A DNA stretch of 64,000 bases from a virus (lineage: Duplodnaviria; Heunggongvirae; Uroviricota; Caudoviricetes), in IMG/VR virus record IMGVR_UViG_3300025858_000011. One strand, written 5' to 3'. Shown in pieces: positions 26,747 to 36,750 of this stretch (the first letter of the stretch is position 1; every line of letters begins with the position of its first letter). A model generated the notes under the pieces. It was not told the DNA's origin and ran no database searches. It worked only from the letters and a program-made list of their open reading frames with translations. Made by a program: the position numbers and the translations under genes.

Positions 26747-27640
26747 ATGGATAATTTATCTGCTAGCACATTGAACGAGCTTTTCGTTCAAAAGCTGAAT
26801 ACTCCCGAGGGCATCGACAAGGTAGCTCAAGAGGGTTCGGCGTTTGTAAGACAAAAACTGCGTGAAATTTCTTTCGCAAGAAAGGTAATGCAACCACAGT
26901 ATGTAACAAAGGCTGATCTACAAAGATCAGTTAATCATGATGGACTAGTCAAGATCGTTGACATCGAGCCAGATTCCAAGGCTATGACTGTTAACTTCCG
27001 TGGCGAGCCCGATTTTAACTACGTAGAAGGTGAGAGATTTGAAATTCCTTTCTTCATGATTTCGTCAGAAGATTTTCAGAAGACAGAGGAAGAATTACTT
27101 GCCTACGAAATGCCCCTTACAGAAGTAATTGAGAAGAACTCTGTATTGGATATTCAAAAAATAGAAGATACGTCCTTTTTAGTTCAAGTAGACGCTGCTA
27201 TCGCAACTGAAGCTTCAGCACAAACTGGAACTTACGACACCGATGGTACCGTAAAAAAGAGCGATTTCAAAAAGTTATTCGACGTATTGGACGGAAACGA
27301 ACTGCGTGCCGAGACACTTCTTATGGATTCGAAGATGTTCAATCGTTTGATTCTTTATGATGATGACGTATTGGGATCATTGACCGGTGAAGTGGTTGTA
27401 AACGGTTACACATATGCAACTCTTTTCGGACGTAAACTGATTGTATCAAACAAAGTTTCTTTGCTTGATGGAAAGATTTACGCCTTTACATCACAGGATT
27501 TCATGGGTCAGTTCCTGATCCTTAATGATACAAAGTTCTGGATTGAAAAGAAAAAGAATATTATCACTTTTGCAGCTTATGAGTCAGTCGGTATGGGAAT
27601 TGGTAACACCAAATCTTGTGCAAAGATTACTCTTAGCTAA
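26747..27640 (+). CDS. Major capsid protein (compact HK97-fold, 297 aa)
   Basis: Strong GGAGG RBS; follows protease, scaffolds and decoration gene; followed by a terminator; HK97-like C-terminal strands (TLFGRKLIVS..ESVGMGIGN). Confidence 0.75.
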   Translation: MDNLSASTLNELFVQKLNTPEGIDKVAQEGSAFVRQKLREISFARKVMQPQYVTKADLQRSVNHDGLVKIVDIEPDSKAMTVNFRGEPDFNYVEGERFEIPFFMISSEDFQKTEEELLAYEMPLTEVIEKNSVLDIQKIEDTSFLVQVDAAIATEASAQTGTYDTDGTVKKSDFKKLFDVLDGNELRAETLLMDSKMFNRLILYDDDVLGSLTGEVVVNGYTYATLFGRKLIVSNKVSLLDGKIYAFTSQDFMGQFLILNDTKFWIEKKKNIITFAAYESVGMGIGNTKSCAKITLS

Positions 27641-27661
27641 TATCGAGTAATATTTAAAATT

Positions 27662-27695
27662 AAAGGAGACAGCTATGTGGCTGCCTCCTTTTTTT
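27662..27695 (+). terminator. Rho-independent terminator after the MCP
   Basis: aaaggagacagc-tatgtg-gctgcctcc followed by a T run. Confidence 0.8.
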
Positions 27696-27704
27696 ATTTA
27701 TACA

Positions 27705-27733
27705 TTGACTGAGACCTAAATTTTTAGTATATT
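27705..27733 (+). promoter_or_regulatory. sigma70-type promoter TTGACT-N17-TATATT
   Basis: Immediately after the MCP terminator, upstream of the neck genes. Confidence 0.65.
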
Positions 27734-27774
27734 AAAGTAATAATTACAATAATAATATAAAATGGACAGAAACT

Positions 27775-28260
27775 ATGCCACCAACAAATGAAGATTTGAC
27801 TTCTGATATTATATCTGCTACTCACCAATTATACGTAGATAGACTAAGAAAATATCTTGGGGATACTGCGGAGTTAAATACCCTATCCGGGGCGGAAGAG
27901 TGCTCGGATATTTTTCTTTATCACTGTCTTCAAGATGCCCTGGATGAATTTAATTTTGAGTTTATTCCTGAAACTACATATACAATAACTAATATTCCAT
28001 CTTGGAATGTATTAAAATTTGGTGCAGTTATCCAGGTATTAATCGGTAAAGGAATTTTATCTGCCAGAAATACACTTTCTTATAGTGATGCTGGTGGAGT
28101 CACAGTGCAAGATTATGATACATACGGACGATATATTAATTATTATAATATATTGATTAATAAATACATGAGATCCGCACAGAGTATGAAAGTAAATGCA
28201 AATATAGACTCATGTTATGGTGGAGTATCTTCAGAATATAGTGACATCGGTACATTATAA
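27775..28260 (+). CDS. Head-tail adaptor (neck) protein, putative
   Basis: Position after the MCP; helical fold; SYSDAGGVTV. Confidence 0.55.
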   Translation: MPPTNEDLTSDIISATHQLYVDRLRKYLGDTAELNTLSGAEECSDIFLYHCLQDALDEFNFEFIPETTYTITNIPSWNVLKFGAVIQVLIGKGILSARNTLSYSDAGGVTVQDYDTYGRYINYYNILINKYMRSAQSMKVNANIDSCYGGVSSEYSDIGTL

Positions 28261-29054
28261 TGTTAATACTAACAACCTTAAATGTTGATGCCTATAGTGT
28301 TGATAATCTTGTATTGTCTTGGGAGTATTCTTCAACAACTGAATCTCTATCTGATTATGAAATAGATATATACAGGTCTGAGGCTCCGATTTCCGGGAAT
28401 ACCATCGAGGGGTATACTCACATTGCATCCGGAATTTCAGCAGAGTCAATCAGTTACGTAGACACAACAATATCTGGGTATTATCATTATAATAGAGATT
28501 GGTATTACAAGCTTGTTTTTACAAACGTAGACACAGATGAAAGCGCAATTACTCCAGGTACTCCTGCCTATTTAAATAAGGCTGGAACAGTAGATAGAAT
28601 ATATCTCGAGATCCTTAGACGAAAAAATCTTGTATTAGCAAAAAAAGTAGGAAGGACATACTATCTTCTTAAACGGTATACAAGGGGTACACATTGCCCA
28701 GATTGTTGGGATGACATCATGATGAGAGTAACTCAGTCTGAGTGCCTTACTTGCAAGGGCACAGGATGGGTGTCAGGTTATTTTAACCCAATTGAGTTCA
28801 TCGGAGAAACTAATACGGCTCCGAAGTTTGCTGAGATTACGATGTTTGGGGATTTTATGCCAAGTGATGCTGTTTTATTTGTTACAAATTTTCCTCAATT
28901 TAAAGTAAAAGACATTGTCGTAGATGATAATAATAAACGTTGGATGGTTCAGGATGTTCGTACAGTAGAAAAATTAGGAAAGATATTAGAACAGCGGGTT
29001 CACATCGCGTTAATAATGGAAGACGATCAGATTTATGAAATTAACATATACTGA
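28260..29054 (+). CDS. Head-closure/neck protein with Fn3-like N-terminus and Zn finger
   Basis: LSWEY..YEIDIYRSE..YVD..YYKL (Fn3-like); CPDC..CLTCKGTG; KDIVVDD..RWMVQDV. Confidence 0.55.
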   Translation: MLILTTLNVDAYSVDNLVLSWEYSSTTESLSDYEIDIYRSEAPISGNTIEGYTHIASGISAESISYVDTTISGYYHYNRDWYYKLVFTNVDTDESAITPGTPAYLNKAGTVDRIYLEILRRKNLVLAKKVGRTYYLLKRYTRGTHCPDCWDDIMMRVTQSECLTCKGTGWVSGYFNPIEFIGETNTAPKFAEITMFGDFMPSDAVLFVTNFPQFKVKDIVVDDNNKRWMVQDVRTVEKLGKILEQRVHIALIMEDDQIYEINIY

Positions 29055-32000
29055 GACAACATTAGGAATACCTCCTAAGAGCCCAAGTGCTGGTCAATTT
29101 TGGTATGATGAACAAAATAAAGTTGCTGGAGTTTGGGATGAGTATGAGCGTAGATGGGTAAAATTCTCTGTCATCGAACATGATCATGATGGAGCATACG
29201 CTCGGGGTGGTTTTACACATCTATCCAAGCGTGGCATCATCGTTAATAAGGAAGATAAGTACTTAAATAAAATTCTTTCTAATATAAGAGACGCTTCCTC
29301 AACAAATCCTTATACAGTATTTTTAGGTCCTGGGGAATATTTAATTTCCGGGTTAATAACTGTTCCCGACTATGTTAACATAGTAGGAACTGATAAGGAT
29401 CACTCTGTGTTTTATTCTAATAATACCAATGTATCAACAATGTTTGAGTTGGGAGTGGATTCCACTCTTTCAAATCTTACTATAAACCACTACGGTACTT
29501 TTGCGGGAACTGCAGATTTAATTTGTCCTACGGCAGCAAGTACATATGTTACTTTAGAAAATCTAAATATTAATGTAGATTTTACATCAAATTCAGATGT
29601 AGTTGTGGATCTTATAACATATTCAGGGACCCACATTGATATCATAGGGTGTACTTTTAATAATTCTGAGGATGCTAACTCTGGAACTGCAATATCAATC
29701 GGAAATCAATTTTCTGATGTCTTAATATTAAATAATATATTTAGATATTTTGGTGAAGGCATCGTAGACACCAGTTCTGCTGCCGATAATAAAATTATTA
29801 CAAAAAATTATTTTTATAATTGTGAAATTGCAGTTTTAGCGGCCGATACTTGCTTGTATATTCGAACGAATAACAATATTTGTGAGGATTGTACTCATGA
29901 CTATGTATGTACTAGCGTAGGTACAACTTGGAGTACCAGACTTGACGTAGGAACATGGGAATTAGATGCATCTACAATTGTTGATTCGGTAATTTATGTA
30001 GACACCATCGGTGCAATTAAAGATAGAATATTATTCATCGATGACGTTACTATTAGTGGAGTATTAACTATTCCCGTAGGAGCTGGCCTTGATTATGTGT
30101 TTAGATCTGATGCAAGCGGCGTAGGAAGTTGGGAACCTCTTACTGCTGCAGCCCCGTTACATTGGAATGGACTTGCCCTAGACATCGGTGGCTTAAGTTC
30201 ATATGGTAATGAGGGGCAGGTAATTGCAGTAGCCGCTGGAGGGACATCATTGGAATGGACTACTCCAGCCGTTGGGGTATCGCTAACTTTTAGTGAGCCA
30301 CTAATAAAGGACATCGGGAACGACGTTAGTATTGGTGGACTCGATGGTTATGGAATTCCTGGCCAGGCAATGCGTGTTGCGGCTGGAGGAACATCGCTTG
30401 AGTGGTTTGATGTTATAACTTCCGGAATAACAACTTCACCGGGAGGGTCAGATACACAAATTCAGTATAATGACGGTGGTATATTTGCCGGGGATTCAAA
30501 ATTAACATGGACAAAGGGTACGTCATTGTTAGCAGTAAATGGGTCCTTAGGCATTACTACGTCGTCCATTCCTATAACGACATATGATGGTGTTAATCCT
30601 GTACATTATATCGGTTACGCGGGAACTAATGGAGATTATTTATCTTTTCCGCGTGGTGCAACGATCGGGGCTAATATTGATTTTTGGAATTATAGATCGA
30701 TTGGCACTGGAACTGCATACCAATTAAGGATAGCCACTAAACCTTCTGGTAATACCTGGACAGATAGACTAACATTCTCTGGAAATGTGGATATCGCTAC
30801 TGTAAAGGTTACTAATGCATATTTGGAAACTGATAATAGTGTTGGGATAAATATGGCTCCCGTATCAACGGTTTCGTTAGTTGTCGATGCGGCTTCGACA
30901 GACAATTGGGTACGCGTAGCAAACTTTTTAAATAGTTCTCAGCAAACAGGTGAGATGACCGCTCTTGGATTTGGAGTAACAGACTCTGCACATAATATTG
31001 CAGGACTTGCTTTCAAATATGTAGGAGCAGGAAGTACTAGTAATGAAATTTGGTTACAATTTCATTCCGGATCTTATCTGGGGATGTCTTCTAATGGTGC
31101 ATTAACTATGTATTCTTTAGCAAGATCAGCTAATAGTTTAGTTTTAAATACAGATGGAGATTTAACCACTTTAGGAGATATTGATACTCAAACATCTGTA
31201 TATAAATTAAATAATACACTGGGAATTTCCGGACAGGTTATGGCTGTAAATGGGGGAGGTACCGCATTAGAGTGGGTTACTATAAGTGGAGGCACCGGCA
31301 CTACAACATTAGACAAAATTATTGATATTGATTCAGACACATACGTTGACACTGCTTCTAATATTCTTCAGTTTAACGCTGGTGGCCAAGATGTAACTAC
31401 GATGTCAAGTGCCCTTGTAACTGTAAAAAAAGATTTGGATTTGATAACAAAAGTTATTAAATTAAATGGTGCATTTGGGACAGATGGACAGGTATTAGCA
31501 GTTAATTCTGCTGAAACGGAATTAGAATGGGTAACTATTTCTGGGGGCGGTGTTACAACATTAGATAAGATTGTCGATGCTGATGGAGACACCAAGGTAT
31601 TAACAGAAATAACTCCGGATGATGATTGTGTTAGAATATACGCTGCTGGGGTGGAAGTGGCTGCTGCCGCGTCAACAAAATTTCAGGTAATAAAAACTCT
31701 AGATGTATCAAGTAATGTAATTCAACTTAATAATACTTTTGGAACACCCGGGCAGGTAATGGCCGTGGACGATGCAGGAACTGCATTAGAATGGACGACT
31801 ATTTCTGGGGGGTCTTCTCCAAGTTCTGGAAATATTACAATTTCAGGACAAAATGGAGTGGTAGTTACTAATACTGTAGTAGGCGATACAACCAACTACG
31901 TAGTTTCATTATCCGGTGTTTTTTTTTCTTTAAATTTTGATTGTACGTTAGATTATTCCCCAGATGTTTATATAAAAGTAATTGATGATGTAGATTTTGT

Positions 32001-32097
32001 TATATTAGGGAGTGGCATAATTAGTTGTATGGGAGACGTTGCAGATATAGTTAGTGGTATTGATACAGTAATCACAAGTTCTTATAGTTGGTCGTAG
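29035..32097 (+). CDS. Tail fibre/spike-like protein with beta-helix and internal repeats
   Basis: GQFWYD repeat; NPYTVFLGPGEY (pectin lyase-like start); five GQxxxVxxxxTxLEW repeats. Confidence 0.7.
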   Translation: MKLTYTETTLGIPPKSPSAGQFWYDEQNKVAGVWDEYERRWVKFSVIEHDHDGAYARGGFTHLSKRGIIVNKEDKYLNKILSNIRDASSTNPYTVFLGPGEYLISGLITVPDYVNIVGTDKDHSVFYSNNTNVSTMFELGVDSTLSNLTINHYGTFAGTADLICPTAASTYVTLENLNINVDFTSNSDVVVDLITYSGTHIDIIGCTFNNSEDANSGTAISIGNQFSDVLILNNIFRYFGEGIVDTSSAADNKIITKNYFYNCEIAVLAADTCLYIRTNNNICEDCTHDYVCTSVGTTWSTRLDVGTWELDASTIVDSVIYVDTIGAIKDRILFIDDVTISGVLTIPVGAGLDYVFRSDASGVGSWEPLTAAAPLHWNGLALDIGGLSSYGNEGQVIAVAAGGTSLEWTTPAVGVSLTFSEPLIKDIGNDVSIGGLDGYGIPGQAMRVAAGGTSLEWFDVITSGITTSPGGSDTQIQYNDGGIFAGDSKLTWTKGTSLLAVNGSLGITTSSIPITTYDGVNPVHYIGYAGTNGDYLSFPRGATIGANIDFWNYRSIGTGTAYQLRIATKPSGNTWTDRLTFSGNVDIATVKVTNAYLETDNSVGINMAPVSTVSLVVDAASTDNWVRVANFLNSSQQTGEMTALGFGVTDSAHNIAGLAFKYVGAGSTSNEIWLQFHSGSYLGMSSNGALTMYSLARSANSLVLNTDGDLTTLGDIDTQTSVYKLNNTLGISGQVMAVNGGGTALEWVTISGGTGTTTLDKIIDIDSDTYVDTASNILQFNAGGQDVTTMSSALVTVKKDLDLITKVIKLNGAFGTDGQVLAVNSAETELEWVTISGGGVTTLDKIVDADGDTKVLTEITPDDDCVRIYAAGVEVAAAASTKFQVIKTLDVSSNVIQLNNTFGTPGQVMAVDDAGTALEWTTISGGSSPSSGNITISGQNGVVVTNTVVGDTTNYVVSLSGVFFSLNFDCTLDYSPDVYIKVIDDVDFVILGSGIISCMGDVADIVSGIDTVITSSYSWS

Positions 32098-32104
32098 GAG
32101 GTAA

Positions 32105-33277
32105 ATGTTAACAAGTCATAATATAGAAACACAGGTATCCATAGAAAACTATGATAAAAATGGTAATTTAAAAAATATAGTTAAGTTACCTTCAGCAACT
32201 GCCGCAGTTTCGGGAGAAATAGAATGTGTAATAAAAAATTCTGATGGTACAATTGCTAGCGTGCATGCTTATCCAATGCGCAGCCTTGTTAAGAATTTTT
32301 TTGCATTTTTAAGTTCTGCAATTGGGGGACCTACTCCTACTACGCAAACAACTTCAGGAGGCGTGCGTAATGATTCATATGATACAGTTCACATGTTGGA
32401 AACAGGAGCAACTTATGGTCAGTCTCTTTATGGGGTTATGGTGGGTACCGGAGGAGCAACTGCTGTAACCCCAACGCAGTATGCATTAGTTACCCCCGTT
32501 GCTCATGGTACTGGCGCGGGACAGTTGGAATATTTTCCAACTCAAACTTCAAGGGTAGTTGCTGAATCTACAGATTATAGCATGTATGCTTATAGAACAT
32601 TTACTAATTCTTCTGCAGGATCAATTACAGTTAGCGAGGTTGGCTTATATGTTAAAACATATAATTATGTATTTTATTATATGATTGCCAGAGATACTGT
32701 GGATTACGCCGGTAATTTAATAAATTTAGTAGTTGGTGTAGGTCAAACGCTTACTGTTCTTTATAAATTTAAAATTTATGAAAATTCTGGATTAACAAAT
32801 AATTTTGCTAATGCCCTTCATTATAATTTTATAGAACCACAAACTTGCTCATTTGTTGATACACTTGGGTCTCTTAGAGAGACTAGTTCTATTCTTAGCA
32901 ATGACATGCCATTTACAACTACTGCTGTGTTGTTAAGTACCTATGGACTTGTTGTAGGATCGGGGTCTTCTGCAATGAACATAGATTCACATTGTCTTGA
33001 TTCTAAGATATCAACAGGCACCTCTGCTGGAAATCTTTATTATGGGAATCCATATGTTAATGGGGCAATATCTACTGCAACATATTCTGTAGTAAGATTC
33101 GGAAGATCTTTTACAAATTTTACTGTTGACGATGTTATTTTTAATGAATTTGCCTGGTATGGAGCTGGAAATGTTAGCAATCAACGTTGTATGATGGGAA
33201 GATGGCTAAGTGGCGGCATTACATTATCAGAATTAGAATCATCACAAATTAATATTTCAATTATTGGTTATGCATAA
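32105..33277 (+). CDS. Tail-associated protein, paralogue 1 of 6 (two tail-collar-like domains)
   Basis: GVMVGTG..HGTGAGQLEY, RTFTNSSAGSITVSEVGLY, MIARD; repeated in the second half. Confidence 0.6.
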   Translation: MLTSHNIETQVSIENYDKNGNLKNIVKLPSATAAVSGEIECVIKNSDGTIASVHAYPMRSLVKNFFAFLSSAIGGPTPTTQTTSGGVRNDSYDTVHMLETGATYGQSLYGVMVGTGGATAVTPTQYALVTPVAHGTGAGQLEYFPTQTSRVVAESTDYSMYAYRTFTNSSAGSITVSEVGLYVKTYNYVFYYMIARDTVDYAGNLINLVVGVGQTLTVLYKFKIYENSGLTNNFANALHYNFIEPQTCSFVDTLGSLRETSSILSNDMPFTTTAVLLSTYGLVVGSGSSAMNIDSHCLDSKISTGTSAGNLYYGNPYVNGAISTATYSVVRFGRSFTNFTVDDVIFNEFAWYGAGNVSNQRCMMGRWLSGGITLSELESSQINISIIGYA

Positions 33278-34403
33278 TTTAAAAGTTGATATTTCAGCCA
33301 CTGTATATTTTCCTGGAAAAAGTTTTAAAGAGTATACTTTTTTATCTACTGACACAGTAGACGGAGAGTATTACTTTACTAATGAATATGGGGTTCCCGA
33401 ACAAAGAAGGCCAACTAGAAGTTTTGTAAGGAATTTTATGGGGTGTCTCGTAGGTTGTTTTAATAACGCAATAATAGCTGGGGATGTAAAAAATACATCT
33501 GGTACAAATGTTTCGTCAGCAACTCCATATCTAGATGTACAAGGTCCAGCTACTGATGCAACTGAGGGGTTAGTGGTGGGAACGGATAATGGGACTACTT
33601 TGCCACTTGCAGCTACTAATAATGCGATGGGAGCAAAAATTGCACATGGCACCAGTGCTGGACAATTAGCATATGGTAACACTGTAATTGTGCCCCCTGC
33701 TGTGTCTGGGTCCAACTATGTATTAGCTGTTACCAGAAAATTTACAAACTCAACCGCTGGTGATATCACAATACAGGAAGTTGGAATGTTATCAGATGTA
33801 GGGGGCTCCAATTCAACATTAGTTGCCAGGGACATCGGAGTTGGAAAAACTATTGCAGCCGGGGCTAACTCAACTTTAACTTACAATACGATAACATCAA
33901 ATACTTCGGGATTTACTAAAAATTTTTTAAAAATATTATCTTCTCAATATAATGCTAATGCGGCAGTAAATCTGGTACTTATTGATGGGACGACTGCGAG
34001 TCCATCTTCTCCATCAGCCGCACTTATGATGGGATCATCTTATTTTACTTCAATACCTAAAGTAGGCATTGTTGTCGGAACTGGAAATGGTGCAGAAAAC
34101 TGGGATGATTATGCTCTTGGTACATACATCGAAGAGGGTGGAGACTCTGGACAGTTAGTACAAGGATTTAATGCTACCTTTCCGGTAACTATTGCTGGGA
34201 GTGTTACTACATCTATTTTAAAGAGATGGTTTTTTAATGACTCAGGTAGTACAATAACAATTAATGAATTGGGCATTTATGGGTATAACACTGCTACGGC
34301 CGGAAAACAAGTAATGTTTTTTAGGAGATTATTGAGTTCTCCTATAAGTTTAAGTACTGGATCCGCGGTATTGATTTCCGTAACTTTTTCAGTAACAACT
34401 TGA
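33264..34403 (+). CDS. Tail-associated protein, paralogue 2 of 6
   Basis: Same duplicated motif set (RKFTNSTAGDITIQEVG; FFNDSGSTITINELGIY). Confidence 0.6.
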   Translation: MVMHNLKVDISATVYFPGKSFKEYTFLSTDTVDGEYYFTNEYGVPEQRRPTRSFVRNFMGCLVGCFNNAIIAGDVKNTSGTNVSSATPYLDVQGPATDATEGLVVGTDNGTTLPLAATNNAMGAKIAHGTSAGQLAYGNTVIVPPAVSGSNYVLAVTRKFTNSTAGDITIQEVGMLSDVGGSNSTLVARDIGVGKTIAAGANSTLTYNTITSNTSGFTKNFLKILSSQYNANAAVNLVLIDGTTASPSSPSAALMMGSSYFTSIPKVGIVVGTGNGAENWDDYALGTYIEEGGDSGQLVQGFNATFPVTIAGSVTTSILKRWFFNDSGSTITINELGIYGYNTATAGKQVMFFRRLLSSPISLSTGSAVLISVTFSVTT

Positions 34404-34433
34404 TTTTAATTCAAAAAAGGAATATATTAAATT

Positions 34434-35612
34434 ATGTTAATAGCACATGGAGAACAATTAGTAGTTAAGGCAGAGGTCTTTGATAGAAATGGAAATTTTT
34501 CTCGTTCTATATTTGCCAATAATACCGCAAGTCCACAACCACACGAAATTGAGTTGATACATCGTAACGTCAATGGTGATATTATAAATACTAAATCGAT
34601 TCCATTTAGAAGTTTCACAGCAAATTGGGCAATATTTCAATATCAAAATTGGTCTAATGCGGCATTTGCTTATTTAAACACTGCTGGGGCATCTGGGACA
34701 TCCCATTTATCGGAGGTGTATATTGATTGCCCTTATAACAATGATAATGGCGGAATACAGGTGGGTCGTTCATCAAGCTCTCCCACTGTGTCAGATTATG
34801 GGTTAACAACAAAAATTGCTAATGGTGTAACTACTAATCAATTAGATTATTCAGCAACTGTATTTGAGGCTCCGACTTATGTTGCTCCATATTATTCCAT
34901 GACCATAAGAAGAGTTTTTACAAATTATAGTGGTGCTAATGTAACTGTTAGAGAAACAGGAATAGTTGGAAATACAAGTAGTACATTTGTCACAACAGCT
35001 GGATATTTATTGGCGCATGATACAGTGGATTATAATGGAGATGCCATTAATTTAATAATAGGCCATGAACAATCTTTTGAAGTAAAGTATAAATTTAGGT
35101 ATGATATAAGTTCGGGCTTTACAAGTAATTATTTAAAATATTTATACGCTTGGATGGACACAGGAAATAAAAATTATGATTTAATTATGACAAATGGAGC
35201 AGTCACTGCAAATCCAAGCGTTCAAGCTAAATGTGGGGGGTATGTCTTAACGACTGCAGGAACATACGGAACAAATACAACTGGAATTGTTGTAGGAAAA
35301 GGAACAGCTGTTGCACAGTATACTGATTTTCAAATGGATGATACAATATCTCATGGATCTACAACAGGAAAACTTTTATATGGAGGTCAAGAATATAATG
35401 TTCCTGTAGTTGATGCCACTGGTACGTATTATTCATTAAAACGGGCATTTGTAAATGATTCCGCTGTAGCTGTGGATATAACAGAAGCTGGTATAATTGG
35501 AACTGATGAAGGTGCACAAAATATATTACATACACATATAAATTTTACAGGATTGACACTGCAACCAACTGAATCAGTAAGAATAATTTTTACATTTAGG
35601 ACCGATGTCTAA
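34434..35612 (+). CDS. Tail-associated protein, paralogue 3 of 6
   Basis: RVFTNYSGANVTVRETG; RAFVNDSAVAVDITEAGI. Confidence 0.6.
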   Translation: MLIAHGEQLVVKAEVFDRNGNFSRSIFANNTASPQPHEIELIHRNVNGDIINTKSIPFRSFTANWAIFQYQNWSNAAFAYLNTAGASGTSHLSEVYIDCPYNNDNGGIQVGRSSSSPTVSDYGLTTKIANGVTTNQLDYSATVFEAPTYVAPYYSMTIRRVFTNYSGANVTVRETGIVGNTSSTFVTTAGYLLAHDTVDYNGDAINLIIGHEQSFEVKYKFRYDISSGFTSNYLKYLYAWMDTGNKNYDLIMTNGAVTANPSVQAKCGGYVLTTAGTYGTNTTGIVVGKGTAVAQYTDFQMDDTISHGSTTGKLLYGGQEYNVPVVDATGTYYSLKRAFVNDSAVAVDITEAGIIGTDEGAQNILHTHINFTGLTLQPTESVRIIFTFRTDV

Positions 35613-36750
35613 TATAGCAATAATAGCCACAGCAATAACTCGTGACAAAGATGGAAATCTTTTAAAAGAAATTAATTTCCCAATTAAGGAAAATGAGGCT
35701 TATGTTACTAGAAGTCTCATTGATGGCGCTGGGAATATAATTGCTACTGAAAAAAATCCAATGCGAAGTTTTGTATATAATTTTACAAAATTTTTATATG
35801 GGGCAATGACCGGAGAATCTCAAACATTTATTTATACTAGTGGTGCTGACGGCGTAGTACACCCTAAATATATAGATGTAGTAACTGTGGATACCACTAA
35901 TGCCAATCATGGCATTTGGGTTGGAGAAGATGACGGGGATGCCGTACCGTTATCTCCTGATAATTTTACTTTAGGAGATCGTATTTTACATGGAGAATCG
36001 ACGGGAGAACTTTCTCATGATTCTGGAACAGTCAGCGATAGCACATTAGATGTACAAAAATATTATGTAAGATTGGGTAGACGTATTAATAATTATACTG
36101 CAGCCGTTATTGAGGTAAAAGAAATTGGAATTGTTGGATTAGGTAGCGATGCAAAATATATTTTATATATTAGAGATCTTTTTGATGATACTGGGTCCCC
36201 TTTGTTAAAAGAAATTCCAATTAATAATTCATTATATATTACATACGATTTTTATATTGTGAAAGATTCTGGGTACACAAAAAATATTGTAAAAATATTA
36301 GAAGCACTTTTTTCAGCGGATAAAGATGTTGCTCTTTTAGACATCGACGGTACAGAAATAACCGCTGCCTCAACCGATGTTATTAATGAAATGTTATTAT
36401 GTAATGTAGCATCGGGAGAAGACAATTACGGTATCGTAATTGGTAATGGAGTTGGTGACACTGATTTTGATTCATTGGGGCTTATATCAAAAATTTTGAA
36501 TGGAGATTTATTATATGGTGACATGGTTTTAACCGCCCCCTCCCATCAAAGTGGACAACAACAATTTAAACTTAGTAGAGTTTTTACTAATAATACAGGT
36601 AGTACAATATCCACTTCAGAGATTGCTTTATATGGAAAAGGATCTGGAGTTGGGCATCGGGCATGTTTTGCACGTATTGACACAATTGGTGTTCCTGTAG
36701 TAGCTGGAGGTACAGTTGAAATTATTTTTACGATAAGGACATTGATATGA
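35605..36750 (+). CDS. Tail-associated protein, paralogue 4 of 6
   Basis: RRINNYTAAVIEVKEIG; RVFTNNTGSTISTSEIALY. Confidence 0.6.
   Translation: MSNIAIIATAITRDKDGNLLKEINFPIKENEAYVTRSLIDGAGNIIATEKNPMRSFVYNFTKFLYGAMTGESQTFIYTSGADGVVHPKYIDVVTVDTTNANHGIWVGEDDGDAVPLSPDNFTLGDRILHGESTGELSHDSGTVSDSTLDVQKYYVRLGRRINNYTAAVIEVKEIGIVGLGSDAKYILYIRDLFDDTGSPLLKEIPINNSLYITYDFYIVKDSGYTKNIVKILEALFSADKDVALLDIDGTEITAASTDVINEMLLCNVASGEDNYGIVIGNGVGDTDFDSLGLISKILNGDLLYGDMVLTAPSHQSGQQQFKLSRVFTNNTGSTISTSEIALYGKGSGVGHRACFARIDTIGVPVVAGGTVEIIFTIRTLI

Noticed and set aside
26747-27640. Encapsulin rather than phage MCP (similar size)
   Set aside because: It is embedded among protease, scaffold, neck, sheath and tube genes, which is a virion context.
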